40,000 nt of DNA from Pseudocitrobacter corydidari (GCF_021172065.1 NZ_CP087880.1:639111-679110), one strand, 5' to 3'; shown: positions 10,861-23,188, counted from the first letter of the stretch. Notes: generated by a model not told the origin, from the sequence alone. Program-made: numbers and translations.

Positions 10861-11982
10861 ATGTCAAAAGTCGCTCTCATCACCGGCGTAACCGGTCAGG
10901 ATGGTTCTTACCTGGCAGAGCTTCTGCTGGAAAAAGGCTACGAAGTGCATGGCATTAAGCGCCGCGCTTCCTCTTTTAACACGGAACGCGTTGACCATAT
11001 CTACCAGGATCCGCACACCAGCAACCCGAAATTCCACCTGCATTACGGCGACCTGACCGACAGCTCCAACCTGACCCGTATCCTGCAGGAAGTGCAGCCG
11101 GACGAAGTTTATAACCTTGGCGCGATGAGCCACGTGGCCGTTTCGTTTGAATCCCCGGAATACACCGCCGACGTGGATGCCATGGGCACTCTGCGCCTGC
11201 TGGAAGCCATTCGCTTCCTCGGCCTTGAAAAGAAAACCCGTTTCTATCAGGCCTCTACTTCTGAACTGTACGGTCTGGTGCAGGAAATTCCGCAGAAAGA
11301 GACCACGCCGTTCTATCCGCGCTCTCCGTATGCCGTCGCCAAACTCTATGCCTACTGGATCACCGTCAACTACCGTGAATCCTACGGCATGTATGCCTGT
11401 AACGGCATTCTGTTCAACCATGAATCCCCGCGCCGTGGCGAAACCTTCGTAACCCGCAAAATCACCCGCGCGATTGCCAATATCGCTCAGGGCCTGGAGT
11501 CCTGCCTGTACCTCGGCAACATGGATTCCCTGCGTGACTGGGGCCATGCAAAGGATTACGTGAAAATGCAGTGGATGATGCTGCAACAGGACAAACCGGA
11601 AGATTTCGTGATCGCCACCGGCGTGCAGTACTCCGTGCGTCAGTTCGTCGAAATGGCCGCAGCGCAACTGGGTATCAAACTGCGCTTTGAAGGCACCGGC
11701 GTGGAAGAGAAGGGCATTGTGGTTTCTGTCACCGGCCATGATGCGCCAGGCGTTAAACCGGGCGATATCATCATTGCCGTTGACCCGCGCTATTTCCGTC
11801 CTGCGGAAGTGGAAACCCTGCTGGGCGACCCGACCAAAGCGCATGAAGTACTGGGCTGGAAACCGGAAACCACCTTGCAGGAAATGGTTTCAGAAATGGT
11901 TGCCAAAGACCTCGAAGCGGCGAAGAAACACTCTCTGCTGAAATCCCACGGCTACGATGTTGCGATCGCGCTGGAGTCCTGA
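10861..11982 (+). CDS. gmd: GDP-mannose 4,6-dehydratase
   Basis: 373 aa. Rossmann motif [17 protein letters not shown]. Highly conserved SDR-family Gmd sequence. Confidence 0.98.
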   Translation: MSKVALITGVTGQDGSYLAELLLEKGYEVHGIKRRASSFNTERVDHIYQDPHTSNPKFHLHYGDLTDSSNLTRILQEVQPDEVYNLGAMSHVAVSFESPEYTADVDAMGTLRLLEAIRFLGLEKKTRFYQASTSELYGLVQEIPQKETTPFYPRSPYAVAKLYAYWITVNYRESYGMYACNGILFNHESPRRGETFVTRKITRAIANIAQGLESCLYLGNMDSLRDWGHAKDYVKMQWMMLQQDKPEDFVIATGVQYSVRQFVEMAAAQLGIKLRFEGTGVEEKGIVVSVTGHDAPGVKPGDIIIAVDPRYFRPAEVETLLGDPTKAHEVLGWKPETTLQEMVSEMVAKDLEAAKKHSLLKSHGYDVAIALES

Positions 11983-11984
11983 GA

Positions 11985-12950
11985 ATGACCAGACAACGTA
12001 TTTTTGTGGCGGGCCACCGGGGAATGGTCGGTTCGGCCATTGTCCGCCAGCTTGAGCAGCGAGAAAACGTGGATCTGATTCTGCGTACTCGCGATGAGCT
12101 CAACCTGCTCGACAGCCAGGCAGTGAATGAATTCTTTGCCACCGAACAGATCGACCAGGTCTATCTGGCGGCGGCAAAAGTGGGCGGTATTGTGGCAAAC
12201 AATACCTATCCCGCCGATTTCATCTACGAAAACATGATGATTGAAAGCAACATTATTCACGCCGCACATGTGCATAACGTGAATAAGCTGCTGTTCCTTG
12301 GCTCCTCCTGCATCTACCCGAAGCTGGCGAAACAGCCAATGAGCGAAAGCGAGCTGTTACAGGGCACGCTTGAAGAGACCAACGAGCCGTACGCCATTGC
12401 CAAAATTGCCGGGATCAAGCTGTGCGAATCCTATAACCGCCAGTACGGTCGCGACTATCGCTCGGTGATGCCAACCAACCTGTACGGGCCGAACGATAAC
12501 TTCCATCCGAGCAATTCGCACGTCATTCCCGCGCTGCTGCGCCGCTTCCATGAAGCCGCCCAGCAGAATGCATCTGATGTGGTGGTGTGGGGCAGCGGCA
12601 CGCCGATGCGCGAGTTCCTCCACGTGGACGACATGGCGGCTGCCAGCATCCACGTGATGGAGCTGGACCGCGACGTCTGGCAGGAGAACACCCAGCCGAT
12701 GCTGTCGCATATCAACGTTGGCACCGGTATCGACTGCACCATTCGCGAACTGGCGCAGACGCTGGCGAAAGTGGTGGGCTTCAAGGGGCGCGTGGTTTTC
12801 GATGCGTCGAAACCGGACGGCACGCCGCGCAAACTGCTCGACGTCTCCCGCCTGCATCAACTGGGCTGGTATCACGAAATCACCCTGGAAGCAGGGCTTG
12901 CCAGTACTTACCAGTGGTTTCTGCAAAACCAGCAGCGTTTTCGGGGGTAA
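11985..12950 (+). CDS. fcl: GDP-L-fucose synthase (GDP-4-keto-6-deoxymannose epimerase/reductase)
   Basis: 321 aa. N-terminal [10 protein letters not shown] nucleotide-binding motif. Follows gmd directly, as in all cps clusters. Confidence 0.98.
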   Translation: MTRQRIFVAGHRGMVGSAIVRQLEQRENVDLILRTRDELNLLDSQAVNEFFATEQIDQVYLAAAKVGGIVANNTYPADFIYENMMIESNIIHAAHVHNVNKLLFLGSSCIYPKLAKQPMSESELLQGTLEETNEPYAIAKIAGIKLCESYNRQYGRDYRSVMPTNLYGPNDNFHPSNSHVIPALLRRFHEAAQQNASDVVVWGSGTPMREFLHVDDMAAASIHVMELDRDVWQENTQPMLSHINVGTGIDCTIRELAQTLAKVVGFKGRVVFDASKPDGTPRKLLDVSRLHQLGWYHEITLEAGLASTYQWFLQNQQRFRG

Positions 12951-12953
12951 CCG

Positions 12954-13433
12954 ATGTTTCTGAGCACGCAGGATTTTGCCACCGTAGTGCGTTCGACGCC
13001 GCTTATCTCAATCGATCTGATTGTGGAGAACGCACAGGGTGAATATCTGCTTGGCAAACGCACCAACCGCCCGGCGCAGGGGTTCTGGTTTGTTCCTGGC
13101 GGTCGCGTGCAGAAAGATGAAACGCTCGCCGATGCCTTCGCCCGCTTAACGCAGGCGGAGCTGGGCCTGAGCCTGCCGATATCGGCAGGCCAGTTCTACG
13201 GCGTCTGGCAGCACTTTTATGACGACAACTTCTCCGAAGCGGATTTCTCGACCCACTACATTGTGCTGGGCTTCCGCCTGCGCGTTGAAGCAAGCGACCT
13301 GACGCTTCCGGATGAGCAACACAACGATTACCGCTGGCTGATGCCGTCGGCGCTGCTGGCTGCGGACAATGTGCATGCCAACAGCCGCGCCTACTTCCTC
13401 GAGGAGAAGCGGGCCGAGGTACCAGGGTTATGA
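12954..13433 (+). CDS. gmm: GDP-mannose mannosyl hydrolase (Nudix)
   Basis: 159 aa. Nudix-like box [23 protein letters not shown]. Position between fcl and wcaI. ATGA overlap with wcaI. Confidence 0.96.
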   Translation: MFLSTQDFATVVRSTPLISIDLIVENAQGEYLLGKRTNRPAQGFWFVPGGRVQKDETLADAFARLTQAELGLSLPISAGQFYGVWQHFYDDNFSEADFSTHYIVLGFRLRVEASDLTLPDEQHNDYRWLMPSALLAADNVHANSRAYFLEEKRAEVPGL

Positions 13434-14653
13434 GGATATTGGTCTATGGCATCAATTATTCGCCGGAACTGACCGGTATCGGCAAATACACCGGCGAAAT
13501 GGTCGAGTGGATGGCAAGCCAGGGGCATGAAGTCCGGGTGATCACCGCGCCGCCGTACTACCCGCAGTGGCAGGTGGGCGAGCACTACTCCGCCTGGCGC
13601 TATCGCCGGGAAGAGGGCGCGGCCACCGTCTGGCGCTGCCCGCTGTATGTGCCCAAACAGCCCTCCACGCTGAAGCGTTTAATCCATTTAGGCAGTTTTG
13701 CCGTCAGCAGCTTTTTCCCGCTGCTGGCCCAGCGTCGCTGGAAGCCGGATCGCATCATCGGCGTGGTGCCCACGCTCTTTTGCACGCCGGGTATGCGTCT
13801 GCTGGCAAAACTCTCTGGCGCGCGCACCTTACTGCATATTCAGGATTACGAAGTCGATGCGATGCTTGGCCTGGGTATGGCAGGTAAGGGTAAACCGGGC
13901 AAAGTGGCGAAGCTCGCCAGCGCCTTTGAGCGCAGCGGCCTGCATAACGTGGATAACGTCTCGACTATCTCGCGCTCAATGATGAACAAAGCCTGCGAGA
14001 AGGGCGTGCCGGAAGAGAAGGTGATTTTCTTCCCGAACTGGTCGGAAGTGGAACGCTTCCGCGAAGTCAACAGCACCCACGTCGCGGTGTTACGCGAGCA
14101 GCTTGGCCTGCCAGCCGACCGAAAACTGATTCTTTACTCCGGCAATATCGGAGAGAAGCAGGGGCTGGAAAGTGTGATTGAAGCCGCTGCCCTGCTGCGT
14201 GACAAACCGTGGCTGTTTGTGATTGTCGGCCAGGGCGGTGGAAAAGCGCGGCTGGAAAAACAGGCGCAGGAACGTGGGCTGGATAACGTCCGCTTCTTCC
14301 CGCTGCAATCTTACGACGCACTGCCTGCGCTGCTCTCGATGGCCGACTGCCATCTGGTGATTCAAAAACGCGGCGCGGCGGATGCGGTACTGCCGTCCAA
14401 ATTGACCAATATTCTGGCGGTGGGCGGTAATGCGGTGATTACCGCAGAAGCCGAAACCGAGCTGGGGCAGTTGTGCCTCAATGAACCGGGGATCGCCGTT
14501 TGCGTCGAGCCGGAATCGGTTCCGGCGTTAATGGAAGGTATTGAACAGGCATTACTGATGCCGAAACGCAACGCGCAGGCGCTGGCCTACGCGGAACGCA
14601 CGCTCGAAAAAGAGAACGTGCTGAGCCAATTTATTGCTGATATTCGGGGTTAA
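13430..14653 (+). CDS. wcaI: Colanic acid glycosyltransferase WcaI (GT4)
   Basis: 407 aa. N-terminus [24 protein letters not shown] typical of WcaI. Conserved order. Confidence 0.95.
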   Translation: MRILVYGINYSPELTGIGKYTGEMVEWMASQGHEVRVITAPPYYPQWQVGEHYSAWRYRREEGAATVWRCPLYVPKQPSTLKRLIHLGSFAVSSFFPLLAQRRWKPDRIIGVVPTLFCTPGMRLLAKLSGARTLLHIQDYEVDAMLGLGMAGKGKPGKVAKLASAFERSGLHNVDNVSTISRSMMNKACEKGVPEEKVIFFPNWSEVERFREVNSTHVAVLREQLGLPADRKLILYSGNIGEKQGLESVIEAAALLRDKPWLFVIVGQGGGKARLEKQAQERGLDNVRFFPLQSYDALPALLSMADCHLVIQKRGAADAVLPSKLTNILAVGGNAVITAEAETELGQLCLNEPGIAVCVEPESVPALMEGIEQALLMPKRNAQALAYAERTLEKENVLSQFIADIRG

Positions 14654-14656
14654 ACG

Positions 14657-16093
14657 ATGAGTCAATCAACACTTTTTCCGGTAGTGATGGCCGGTGGCTC
14701 CGGCAGCCGTTTGTGGCCGCTGTCCCGAGTGCTTTATCCCAAACAGTTCCTGTGCCTGAAAGGCGAACTGACCATGTTGCAGGCGACGATTAACCGCCTG
14801 CACGGCGTGGAGTGTGAAAGCCCGGTGGTTATCTGCAATGAGCAGCACCGCTTTATCGTGGCCGAACAGCTGCGCCAGATGAATAAGCTGACCGAAAATA
14901 TCATTCTCGAACCTGTCGGACGCAATACCGCCCCGGCGATTGCTCTGGCGGCGTTGGCGGCGGTACGTCGTGATACCGGCTGCGACCCGCTGATGCTGGT
15001 GCTGGCAGCCGACCACGTGATTCAGAATGAAGAGGCGTTCCGTGAAGCGGTGCGCAATGCGACGCCGTACGCAGAAAGCGGAAAGCTGGTCACGTTTGGT
15101 ATCGTGCCCGATATGCCGGAAACCGGCTACGGCTACATTCGCCGGGGTGATGTCAGCCCTGGCGAAAAAGACGCGGTGGCCTTTGATGTCGCCCAGTTTG
15201 TCGAAAAACCGAATCTTGATACCGCCCAGGCGTATGTCTCCAGCGGCGAATACTACTGGAACAGCGGCATGTTCCTGTTCCGCGCCGGGCGCTTCCTTGA
15301 AGAGCTGAAAAAATATCGCCCGGATATTCTTGAGGCCTGCGAAAAAGCGATGAACGTCACCGATCCGGATCTCGATTTTATCCGTGTTGATGAAGCGGCG
15401 TTTGTTGCCTGCCCGGAAGAGTCTGTCGACTATGCGGTGATGGAACAAACCGCCGATGCGGTGGTGGTGCCGATGGACGCGGGCTGGAGCGACGTAGGTT
15501 CCTGGTCCTCGCTGTGGGAAATCAGCAACCACACGCCGGAAGGCAACGTGCATCACGGTGACGTGATCAGCCACAAAACCGAAAACAGCTATGTGTACGC
15601 CGAATCCGGCCTGGTGACGACCGTTGGTGTAAAGGATTTGGTGGTGGTTCAAACCAAAGACGCGGTTCTGATCGCCGATCGCAGCGCGGTGCAGGACGTC
15701 AAAAAAGTCGTCGAGCAGATTAAAGCCGATGGTCGCCATGAGCATCATATTCACCGCGAAGTGTATCGCCCGTGGGGGAAATATGACTCTATTGATTCCG
15801 GCGATCGCTATCAGGTGAAGCGGATCACCGTGAAACCGGGCGAGGGGCTTTCGCTGCAAATGCATCACCACCGGGCAGAACACTGGATTGTGGTGGCGGG
15901 CACCGCCAAAGTCACCATCAACGATGACGTCAAGCTGCTGGGTGAAAATGAATCTATCTATATCCCGCTCGGCGCGACGCATAGCCTCGAAAATCCCGGC
16001 AAGATCCCGCTCGATTTAATTGAGGTCCGTTCCGGTTCGTATCTGGAAGAGGATGATGTGGTGCGCTTCGCGGACCGCTACGGGCGCGTATAG
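14657..16093 (+). CDS. manC: Mannose-1-phosphate guanylyltransferase / mannose-6-phosphate isomerase (CpsB)
   Basis: 478 aa. N-terminal nucleotidyltransferase motif [16 protein letters not shown] and a C-terminal cupin domain (...[14 protein letters not shown]...). Confidence 0.98.
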   Translation: MSQSTLFPVVMAGGSGSRLWPLSRVLYPKQFLCLKGELTMLQATINRLHGVECESPVVICNEQHRFIVAEQLRQMNKLTENIILEPVGRNTAPAIALAALAAVRRDTGCDPLMLVLAADHVIQNEEAFREAVRNATPYAESGKLVTFGIVPDMPETGYGYIRRGDVSPGEKDAVAFDVAQFVEKPNLDTAQAYVSSGEYYWNSGMFLFRAGRFLEELKKYRPDILEACEKAMNVTDPDLDFIRVDEAAFVACPEESVDYAVMEQTADAVVVPMDAGWSDVGSWSSLWEISNHTPEGNVHHGDVISHKTENSYVYAESGLVTTVGVKDLVVVQTKDAVLIADRSAVQDVKKVVEQIKADGRHEHHIHREVYRPWGKYDSIDSGDRYQVKRITVKPGEGLSLQMHHHRAEHWIVVAGTAKVTINDDVKLLGENESIYIPLGATHSLENPGKIPLDLIEVRSGSYLEEDDVVRFADRYGRV

Positions 16094-16105
16094 CGCGTTT
16101 TGTTA

Positions 16106-16131
16106 GCCGGATAAGCGCAGTACCATCCGGC
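16106..16131. repeat. Single REP unit in the manC-manB gap
   Basis: GCCGGATaagcgcagtaccATCCGGC: a perfect 7-bp inverted stem typical of REP. Confidence 0.75.
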
Positions 16132-16200
16132 AATTCACGACACTGAAAATAATGACCCTCACCGGTCAGGGCCAACTGTTGCCTGAAGAAAGGTAAAAAC

Positions 16201-17571
16201 ATGAAAACGTTAACCTGTTTTAAAGCCTATGACATTCGCGGCAAATTAGGCGAAGAGCTGAATGAAGATATTGCGTGGCGTATTGGCCGCGCCTATGGCG
16301 AGTTTCTGAAACCAAAAACCATTGTGCTGGGCGGCGATGTGCGTCTGACCAGCGAAGCGCTGAAGCTGGCGCTGGCGCGCGGCCTGCGCGATGCGGGCGT
16401 CGATGTGCTTGATATTGGCCTTTCCGGCACCGAAGAGATCTACTTTGCCACGTTCCATCTTGGCATCGACGGCGGCATTGAAGTCACCGCCAGTCATAAT
16501 CCGATGGATTACAACGGCATGAAACTGGTGCGCGAAGGCGCGCGCCCAATCAGCGGTGATACCGGGCTGCGCGATGTGCAGCGCCTGGCGGAAGCCAACG
16601 ACTTCCCGCCGGTGGATGAAAGTCAGCGCGGCAGCTATCAGAAAATTGATCTGCGCGATGCGTACATCGATCACCTGTTGCAATACATCAACGTCAAAAA
16701 TCTGACGCCGCTCAAGCTGGTGGTGAACTCCGGCAACGGCGCGGCGGGCCCGGTGATAGATGCGCTGGAAGCCCGGTTTAAAGCACTGAACGTGCCGGTG
16801 ACGCTGATTAAAGTGCACAACACCCCTGACGGTAATTTCCCCAACGGTATTCCTAACCCGCTGTTACCCGAGTGCCGCGATGACACCCGCAATGCGGTGA
16901 TCGAACACGGCGCGGATATGGGCATCGCCTTTGACGGCGATTTCGACCGCTGCTTCCTGTTTGATGAGACCGGGCAGTTTATCGAAGGCTATTACATTGT
17001 TGGCCTGCTGGCGGAAGCGTTTCTTGAGAAAAATCCGGGGGCGAAAATCATTCATGACCCGCGTCTGTCCTGGAACACGGTAGATGTGGTGACGGCGGCG
17101 GGCGGCACGCCGGTGATGTCGAAAACCGGGCACGCCTTTATCAAAGAACGCATGCGTAAAGACGACGCCATCTACGGCGGCGAAATGAGCGCCCATCACT
17201 ACTTCCGTGATTTTGCTTACTGCGATAGCGGGATGATCCCGTGGCTGCTGGTAAGCGAACTGCTGTGCCTGAAAGGAAAAACGCTGGGTGAACTGGTGCG
17301 TGACCGCATGGCGGCTTTCCCGGCGAGCGGCGAGATCAACAGTAAACTGGCAGAGCCTGCCACGGCAATTGCCCGCGTGGAGCAGCATTTTGCTAATGAG
17401 GCGCTGGAAATCGACCGCACCGACGGCATTAGCCTTGCGTTTGCCGACTGGCGCTTCAATCTGCGTTCCTCGAACACCGAACCGGTGGTGCGTCTGAACG
17501 TGGAATCGCGCGGCGACACCCCGCTGATGCAGGCGCGAACGCAGGATATTCTGGCGCTGCTTAAGCAGTAG
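16201..17571 (+). CDS. manB: Phosphomannomutase (CpsG)
   Basis: 456 aa. Phosphoserine active-site loop TASHNP, metal loop FDGDFDRC, and [15 protein letters not shown]-terminus. Confidence 0.98.
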   Translation: MKTLTCFKAYDIRGKLGEELNEDIAWRIGRAYGEFLKPKTIVLGGDVRLTSEALKLALARGLRDAGVDVLDIGLSGTEEIYFATFHLGIDGGIEVTASHNPMDYNGMKLVREGARPISGDTGLRDVQRLAEANDFPPVDESQRGSYQKIDLRDAYIDHLLQYINVKNLTPLKLVVNSGNGAAGPVIDALEARFKALNVPVTLIKVHNTPDGNFPNGIPNPLLPECRDDTRNAVIEHGADMGIAFDGDFDRCFLFDETGQFIEGYYIVGLLAEAFLEKNPGAKIIHDPRLSWNTVDVVTAAGGTPVMSKTGHAFIKERMRKDDAIYGGEMSAHHYFRDFAYCDSGMIPWLLVSELLCLKGKTLGELVRDRMAAFPASGEINSKLAEPATAIARVEQHFANEALEIDRTDGISLAFADWRFNLRSSNTEPVVRLNVESRGDTPLMQARTQDILALLKQ

Positions 17572-17618
17572 ACCCCTCACTCCGGCCTTCTCCCAACGTG
17601 CGCGCTGGGGAAATGTCA

Positions 17619-17704
17619 GATGGCGCTTCGCTTATCAGACCTACAGGCATGTGCAATAGGTTGAAATTATTGCTGATTGTAGGTCGGGTAAGCGAAGCGC
17701 CACC
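17619..17704. repeat. BIME: inverted REP pair in the manB-wcaJ gap
   Basis: The left arm GATGGCGCTTCGCTTATCAGACCTACA pairs with the right arm TGTAGGTCGGGTAAGCGAAGCGCCACC. By hand alignment 24/27 positions are complementary. The arms are separated by ~42 nt. Confidence 0.85.
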
Positions 17705-17780
17705 CGACGGGATGCAGGCACAATCGTTTGTCAACGCTCTCCCTGAGGGAGTGCGGGGGAAAGGTTAAAAAGGAACAACG

Positions 17781-19175
17781 ATGACGACTCTAAAAAAGCG
17801 CGAGCGAGCCAAAACGAATGCATCGTTAATTTCAATGGTGCAGCGTTTTTCAGATATCACCATTATGCTCGGCGGGCTGTGGGTAGTGTGCAAAGCCGCG
17901 GCGCTGCCGTTTTTATATCTCCATCTGCTGATGGCGCTGGTGACGCTGGTGGTGTTCCAGATGATCGGCGGGATCACTGATTTCTACCGTTCATGGCGCG
18001 GCGTGCGCATTACCACCGAACTGCTCTTGCTGTTACAGAACTGGACCCTGAGCCTGGTGTTCAGCGCAGGGCTGCTGGCATTCGATGATGATTTCAGCAC
18101 CAATATCAGCGTCTGGCTGAGCTGGTATTTACTGACAACCTGCGGCATGTTGGCCAGCCGGGCGTTTATTCGCTATGGCGCGGGCGTGTTGCGCAATCAC
18201 GGCTATAACAAACGCTACGTCGCGGTGGCGGGCGATCTCCCGCAGGGGCAGGCGCTGCTGGAGAGCTTCCGCAACCAACCGTGGCTCGGTTATGAAGTGG
18301 TGGGCACCTATCATGACGCTAAACCCGGCGGCGTCAGCGCCGACTGGGCGGGCAATATTCAGCAACTGCTGGACGACGCGCGCGCGGGCAAAATTCACAA
18401 CGTCTATATCGCCATGTCGATGCAGGAAGAAAGCCTGATCAAAAAACTGATGCGCGAGCTGGCGGATACCACCTGCTCGGTGCTGATCATCCCCGATGTG
18501 TTCACCTTTAACATTCTTCATTCGCGCATTGAAGAGGTCAACGGCGTACCGGTGGTGCCGCTGTACGACACGCCGCTCTCCGGCGTGAACCGCATCATCA
18601 AACGGCTGGAAGATATTGTGCTGGCCAGCATGATCCTGCTGCTGATTTCGCCTGCGCTATGCTGCATTGCCCTGGCGGTGAAACTCACCTCCGCCGGGCC
18701 GGTCATTTTCCGCCAGACTCGCTACGGCATGGACGGCAAGCCTATCAAAGTGTGGAAATTTCGCTCCATGAAGGTGATGGAAAACGACGCGGTGGTCACT
18801 CAGGCGACACAGAACGACCCGCGCGTGACGCCGGTTGGAAACTTCCTGCGTCGTACCTCGCTCGATGAACTGCCGCAGTTTATCAATGTGCTCACCGGTG
18901 GCATGTCGATCGTCGGCCCGCGCCCTCATGCGGTGGCGCATAACGAACAGTATCGCCAGTTGATTGAAGGCTACATGTTGCGCCACAAAGTGAAGCCTGG
19001 CATTACCGGCTGGGCACAGATCAACGGCTGGCGCGGCGAAACGGACACGCTGGAAAAGATGGAAAAACGCGTCGAGTTCGACCTGGAATACATTCGCGAA
19101 TGGAGCCTGTGGTTCGATATCAAAATTGTTTTCCTGACGGTGTTTAAAGGCTTCGTCAGTAAAACGGCGTATTGA
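17781..19175 (+). CDS. wcaJ: Undecaprenyl-phosphate glucose-1-phosphate transferase WcaJ (initiating enzyme for colanic acid)
   Basis: 464 aa. N-terminal TM segments and a C-terminal bacterial sugar-transferase domain (...[21 protein letters not shown]...). Confidence 0.97.
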   Translation: MTTLKKRERAKTNASLISMVQRFSDITIMLGGLWVVCKAAALPFLYLHLLMALVTLVVFQMIGGITDFYRSWRGVRITTELLLLLQNWTLSLVFSAGLLAFDDDFSTNISVWLSWYLLTTCGMLASRAFIRYGAGVLRNHGYNKRYVAVAGDLPQGQALLESFRNQPWLGYEVVGTYHDAKPGGVSADWAGNIQQLLDDARAGKIHNVYIAMSMQEESLIKKLMRELADTTCSVLIIPDVFTFNILHSRIEEVNGVPVVPLYDTPLSGVNRIIKRLEDIVLASMILLLISPALCCIALAVKLTSAGPVIFRQTRYGMDGKPIKVWKFRSMKVMENDAVVTQATQNDPRVTPVGNFLRRTSLDELPQFINVLTGGMSIVGPRPHAVAHNEQYRQLIEGYMLRHKVKPGITGWAQINGWRGETDTLEKMEKRVEFDLEYIREWSLWFDIKIVFLTVFKGFVSKTAY

Positions 19176-19184
19176 GGAACAGGT

Positions 19185-20663
19185 ATGAGCCTGAGAGAAA
19201 AAACCATCAGCGGCGCGAAGTGGTCGGCCATGGCGACCGTTATCATCATCGGCCTGGGGCTGGTGCAGATGACGGTGCTGGCGCGCATCATCGATAACCA
19301 CCAGTTCGGTCTGCTGACCGTTTCACTGGTGATTATCGCGCTGGCCGATACGCTGTCTGATTTCGGTATTGCAAACTCGATTATTCAGCGCAAAGAGATA
19401 AGCCATCTCGAACTGACCACCCTGTACTGGCTAAACGTCGGGCTGGGTGTGGTGGTGTGCGTGACGGTGTTTGCCCTGAGCGGGGCGATTGCCAGCGTGT
19501 TGCATAACCCGGATTTACAGCCGCTGATTCAGACCTTATCGCTGGCGTTTATTGTTACCCCCCATGGGCAGCAGTTCCGCGCGCTGATGCAAAAAGAGCT
19601 GGAGTTCAACAAGATTGGCCTGATTGAAACCAGTTCGGTGCTGGCGGGTTTCACCTTCACCGTGGTGTCGGCGCATTTCTGGCCGCTGGCGATGACTGCG
19701 ATCCTCGGTTATCTGGTCAACAGCGCGGTGCGTACGCTGCTGTTTGGCTACTTTGGCCGCAAAATTTATCGCCCTGGGCTGCATTTCTCGCTGGCGAGCG
19801 TGTCGTCTAACCTGCGTTTCGGCGCATGGCTGACGGCGGATAGTGTCATCAACTACGTGAATACTAACCTCTCAACGCTGGTGCTGGCGCGTATTCTGGG
19901 GGCGAGCGTCGCGGGCGGCTACAACCTGGCCTATAACGTGGCGGTGGTACCGCCGATGAAGCTGAACCCGATTATTACCCGCGTGCTGTTCCCGGCGTTC
20001 GCCAAAATCCAGGACGACACGGCCAAACTGCGCGTCAACTTCTACAAGCTGCTTTCCGTGGTTGGCATTATCAACTTCCCGGCGCTGCTTGGGCTAATGG
20101 TGGTGAGCAACAACTTTGTGCCGCTGGTTTTCGGTGAGAAGTGGGCGAGCATCATTCCGGTGCTGCAACTGCTGTGCGTGGTGGGGCTACTGCGTTCGGT
20201 GGGGAATCCGATTGGTTCGTTGCTGATGGCGAAAGCGCGCGTCGATATCAGCTTTAAATTCAACGTCTTTAAAACCTGCCTGTTTATCCCGGCGATTATT
20301 GTCGGCGGCCAGTTGGGCGGCGCGATTGGCGTCACGCTGGGCTTCCTGCTGGTGCAAATTATCAACACCATTCTGAGCTATTTCGTGCTGATCAAACCCA
20401 TTCTGGGCTCCAGCTACCGTGAATACATTCTCAGCCTGTGGCTGCCGTTTTATCTCTCCTTGCCCACGCTCGCGGTGAGTTACGGCCTGGGCTGGGCGCT
20501 GAACGGTCAGCTATCGCTGGCGCTGCTGCTGGCGGTGCAGATTGCCGCAGGCGTACTGGCCTTTGGGGGGATGATTGTGCTCTCCCGCCACCCGCTGGTG
20601 GTGGAGATGAAGCGCCAGCTGTGCCGTAACGAGAAGATGAAAACACTGCTTCGCGCAGGCTAA
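19185..20663 (+). CDS. wzxC: Colanic acid repeat-unit flippase WzxC (MOP superfamily)
   Basis: 492 aa, polytopic. N-terminus MSLREKTISGAKWSAMATVIIIGLGLVQMTVLARIIDNHQFGLL is almost identical to E. coli WzxC as recalled. Confidence 0.97.
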   Translation: MSLREKTISGAKWSAMATVIIIGLGLVQMTVLARIIDNHQFGLLTVSLVIIALADTLSDFGIANSIIQRKEISHLELTTLYWLNVGLGVVVCVTVFALSGAIASVLHNPDLQPLIQTLSLAFIVTPHGQQFRALMQKELEFNKIGLIETSSVLAGFTFTVVSAHFWPLAMTAILGYLVNSAVRTLLFGYFGRKIYRPGLHFSLASVSSNLRFGAWLTADSVINYVNTNLSTLVLARILGASVAGGYNLAYNVAVVPPMKLNPIITRVLFPAFAKIQDDTAKLRVNFYKLLSVVGIINFPALLGLMVVSNNFVPLVFGEKWASIIPVLQLLCVVGLLRSVGNPIGSLLMAKARVDISFKFNVFKTCLFIPAIIVGGQLGGAIGVTLGFLLVQIINTILSYFVLIKPILGSSYREYILSLWLPFYLSLPTLAVSYGLGWALNGQLSLALLLAVQIAAGVLAFGGMIVLSRHPLVVEMKRQLCRNEKMKTLLRAG

Positions 20664-20678
20664 TTTTTTGAGGTCATT

Positions 20679-21959
20679 ATGAAATTATTGATTCTTGGCA
20701 ACCACACCTGCGGCAACCGTGGCGACAGCGCCATTCTGCGCGGGCTTTTAGATGCCATCAACACGCTGTCGCCTGAGGCTGAAGTGGATGTGATGAGCCG
20801 TTATCCGGTGAGTTCTTCCTGGTTGTTAAATCGCCCGGTGATGGGCGACCCGCTCTATTTGCAGATGAAAGCGCACAACAATGCGCCGGGCATGGTCGGG
20901 CGAGTGAAGAAAGTGCTGCGCCGACGCTATCAGCACCAGGTGCTGCTCTCGCGCGTCACCGACAGCGGCAAGCTGCGTAATATCTCCATTGCCCAGGGCT
21001 TTACCGATTTTGTGCGCCTGCTGTCAGGCTACGATGCGATTATCCAGGTCGGCGGATCGTTCTTCGTTGACCTGTATGGCGTGACGCAGTTTGAGCACGC
21101 GCTGTGTACCTTTATGGCGAAAAAACCGATTTATATGGTCGGGCACAGCGTGGGGCCATTCCAGGCACCGGCGTTCAATCAAATGGCGAACTATGTGTTC
21201 GGTCATTGCGACGCCTTGTTCTTGCGCGAATCGGTGAGCCTCGACCTGATGAAGCGTAGCGACATCGACACGTCCAAAGTGGAGAAGGGCGTTGATACCG
21301 CCTGGCTGGTGGATCACCACGATGATACCTTTGACGCGAGCTACGCCGTTCAACACTGGCTGAACGTGGCGCAGCAGCAGAAAACCGTCGCGATAACGCT
21401 GCGTGAACTGGCGCCGTTCGATAAGCGGCTCGGCACCACACAGGAAGCCTACGAAAAAGCATTTGCGGGCGTAGTCAACCGTATTATCGCCAGCGGCTGG
21501 CAGGTGATGGCGCTCTCTACCTGTACGGGTATCGACAGCTACAACAAAGACGATCGCATGGTGGCCCTTAACCTGCGTAAACATATTCAGGACCCGTCGC
21601 GCTATCACGTGGTCATGGATGAGCTTAACGATCTGGAAATGGGCAAACTGCTGGGCGCCTGTGACCTGACGGTCGGTACGCGTTTGCACTCGGCGATTAT
21701 CTCCATGAACTTTGGTACGCCTGCCATCGCCATTAACTACGAGCACAAATCAGCGGGCATTATGCAGCAGCTGGGTATGCCGGAGATGGCGGTGGATATT
21801 CGCCATCTGTTGAACGGCGACCTGGAAGCGATGGCCGCAGACACATTAGGCCAACTTTCCACCCTGGTGCCGCGCCTGAACGAAGCGGTGGCGCGGGAGC
21901 GCGCGGCGGGGCTGTCGATGGTGGAATCGGTCTTAACGCGAATCGGGGAGGGGAAATGA
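20679..21959 (+). CDS. wcaK: Colanic acid pyruvyl transferase WcaK
   Basis: 426 aa. N-terminus MKLLILGNHTCGNRGDSAILRGLLDAIN typical of polysaccharide pyruvyl transferases / WcaK. ATGA overlap with wcaL. Confidence 0.95.
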   Translation: MKLLILGNHTCGNRGDSAILRGLLDAINTLSPEAEVDVMSRYPVSSSWLLNRPVMGDPLYLQMKAHNNAPGMVGRVKKVLRRRYQHQVLLSRVTDSGKLRNISIAQGFTDFVRLLSGYDAIIQVGGSFFVDLYGVTQFEHALCTFMAKKPIYMVGHSVGPFQAPAFNQMANYVFGHCDALFLRESVSLDLMKRSDIDTSKVEKGVDTAWLVDHHDDTFDASYAVQHWLNVAQQQKTVAITLRELAPFDKRLGTTQEAYEKAFAGVVNRIIASGWQVMALSTCTGIDSYNKDDRMVALNLRKHIQDPSRYHVVMDELNDLEMGKLLGACDLTVGTRLHSAIISMNFGTPAIAINYEHKSAGIMQQLGMPEMAVDIRHLLNGDLEAMAADTLGQLSTLVPRLNEAVARERAAGLSMVESVLTRIGEGK

Positions 21960-23182
21960 AGGTTGGTTTCTTCTTACTGAAATTCCCGTTGTCGTCTGAA
22001 ACGTTTGTGCTCAACCAGATTGTGGCCTTTATCGAAATGGGCCATGAGGTAGAAATAATCGCCCTGCAAAAGGGGGATATGACCAATACCCATGCGGCGT
22101 ACACCCAATATGACCTGGCGGCGAAAACCCGCTGGTTACAGGATGAACCGGTGAGCACGGGTGCGAAGTTTCGTCATCGCGCAGTCAGCACGTTGCGCGG
22201 GTTACATCGCCCGGCAACGTGGCAGGCGCTCAATATTAAGCGCTACGGCCACGAAGCGCGCAACCTGATCCTTTCGGCCATTTGCGGCAATAACGCCCAA
22301 CCCTTTAGCGCCGATGTGTTTATCGCCCACTTCGGCCCCGCGGGTGTCACGGCGGCGAAACTGCGCGAACTGGGCGTGATCCGCGGCAAAATCGCTACCG
22401 TTTTTCACGGTATTGATATCTCCAGCCGCGATGTGCTGAGCCACTACACGCCGGAATATCAGCAACTGTTTCGACGGGGCGATTTAATGTTACCCATCAG
22501 TGATTTGTGGGCAAAACGGCTACAGGGCATGGGCTGCCCGAGCGCCAAAATCGCCGTCTCGCGAATGGGCGTCAACATGGAGCGCTTCGCCTTGCGTCCA
22601 ACCAAAGCGCCGGGCGAGACGCTGCAAATTATCTCTGTGGCCCGCCTGACGGAGAAAAAAGGTCTGCACGTGGCGATTGAAGCCTGCCGCCAGTTGAAAG
22701 AGCGCGGCGTGGCGTTTCATTACCGCATCCTCGGCATTGGCCCGTGGGAACGTCGCCTGCGCACGCTGATCGAACAGTATCAACTGGAAGGCTACGTGGA
22801 GATGCCGGGTTTCAAGCCCAGCCATGAGGTAAAAGCGATGCTCGACGACGCGGATGTGTTCCTGCTGCCGTCAATTACCGGCGCGGATGGCGATATGGAA
22901 GGCATTCCTGTGGCGCTGATGGAAGCGATGGCGGTGGGCATCCCGGTGCTCTCGACCGAGCACAGCGGTATTCCGGAACTGATAGACGCCAACGCCTCCG
23001 GCTGGCTGGTGGCGGAGAACGACGCCCCGGCACTGGCAGGGAAACTCAGCGAACTGCGCCATCTTGATGAACAGACGCTAGGCCCGGTGCTCCAACGCGC
23101 CCGCGAAAAAGTCGAAACCGATTTCAATCAGCAGGTGATTAACCGCCAACTGGCGAGCCTGTTGCAAACCCTTTGCTATTGA
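21956..23182 (+). CDS. wcaL: Colanic acid glycosyltransferase WcaL (GT4)
   Basis: 408 aa. GT4 EX7E-type C-terminal region (EGIPVALMEAMAVGIPVLSTEHSGIPELI). Conserved position. Confidence 0.95.
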   Translation: MKVGFFLLKFPLSSETFVLNQIVAFIEMGHEVEIIALQKGDMTNTHAAYTQYDLAAKTRWLQDEPVSTGAKFRHRAVSTLRGLHRPATWQALNIKRYGHEARNLILSAICGNNAQPFSADVFIAHFGPAGVTAAKLRELGVIRGKIATVFHGIDISSRDVLSHYTPEYQQLFRRGDLMLPISDLWAKRLQGMGCPSAKIAVSRMGVNMERFALRPTKAPGETLQIISVARLTEKKGLHVAIEACRQLKERGVAFHYRILGIGPWERRLRTLIEQYQLEGYVEMPGFKPSHEVKAMLDDADVFLLPSITGADGDMEGIPVALMEAMAVGIPVLSTEHSGIPELIDANASGWLVAENDAPALAGKLSELRHLDEQTLGPVLQRAREKVETDFNQQVINRQLASLLQTLCY

Positions 23183-23188
23183 GGTTGC

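Noticed and set aside
14666-15982. 438-aa minus-strand ORF antisense to manC. Similar long antisense ORFs occur at 10864-11844 (gmd), 16864-17580 (manB), 2417-3109 (wza), 3463-4320 (wzc), 21024-21746 (wcaK) and 18657-19301 (wcaJ).
   Set aside because: These are shadow ORFs in high-GC genes. Their products are Arg/His/Ala-rich with no recognisable motifs. The sense-strand genes are unambiguous orthologues.
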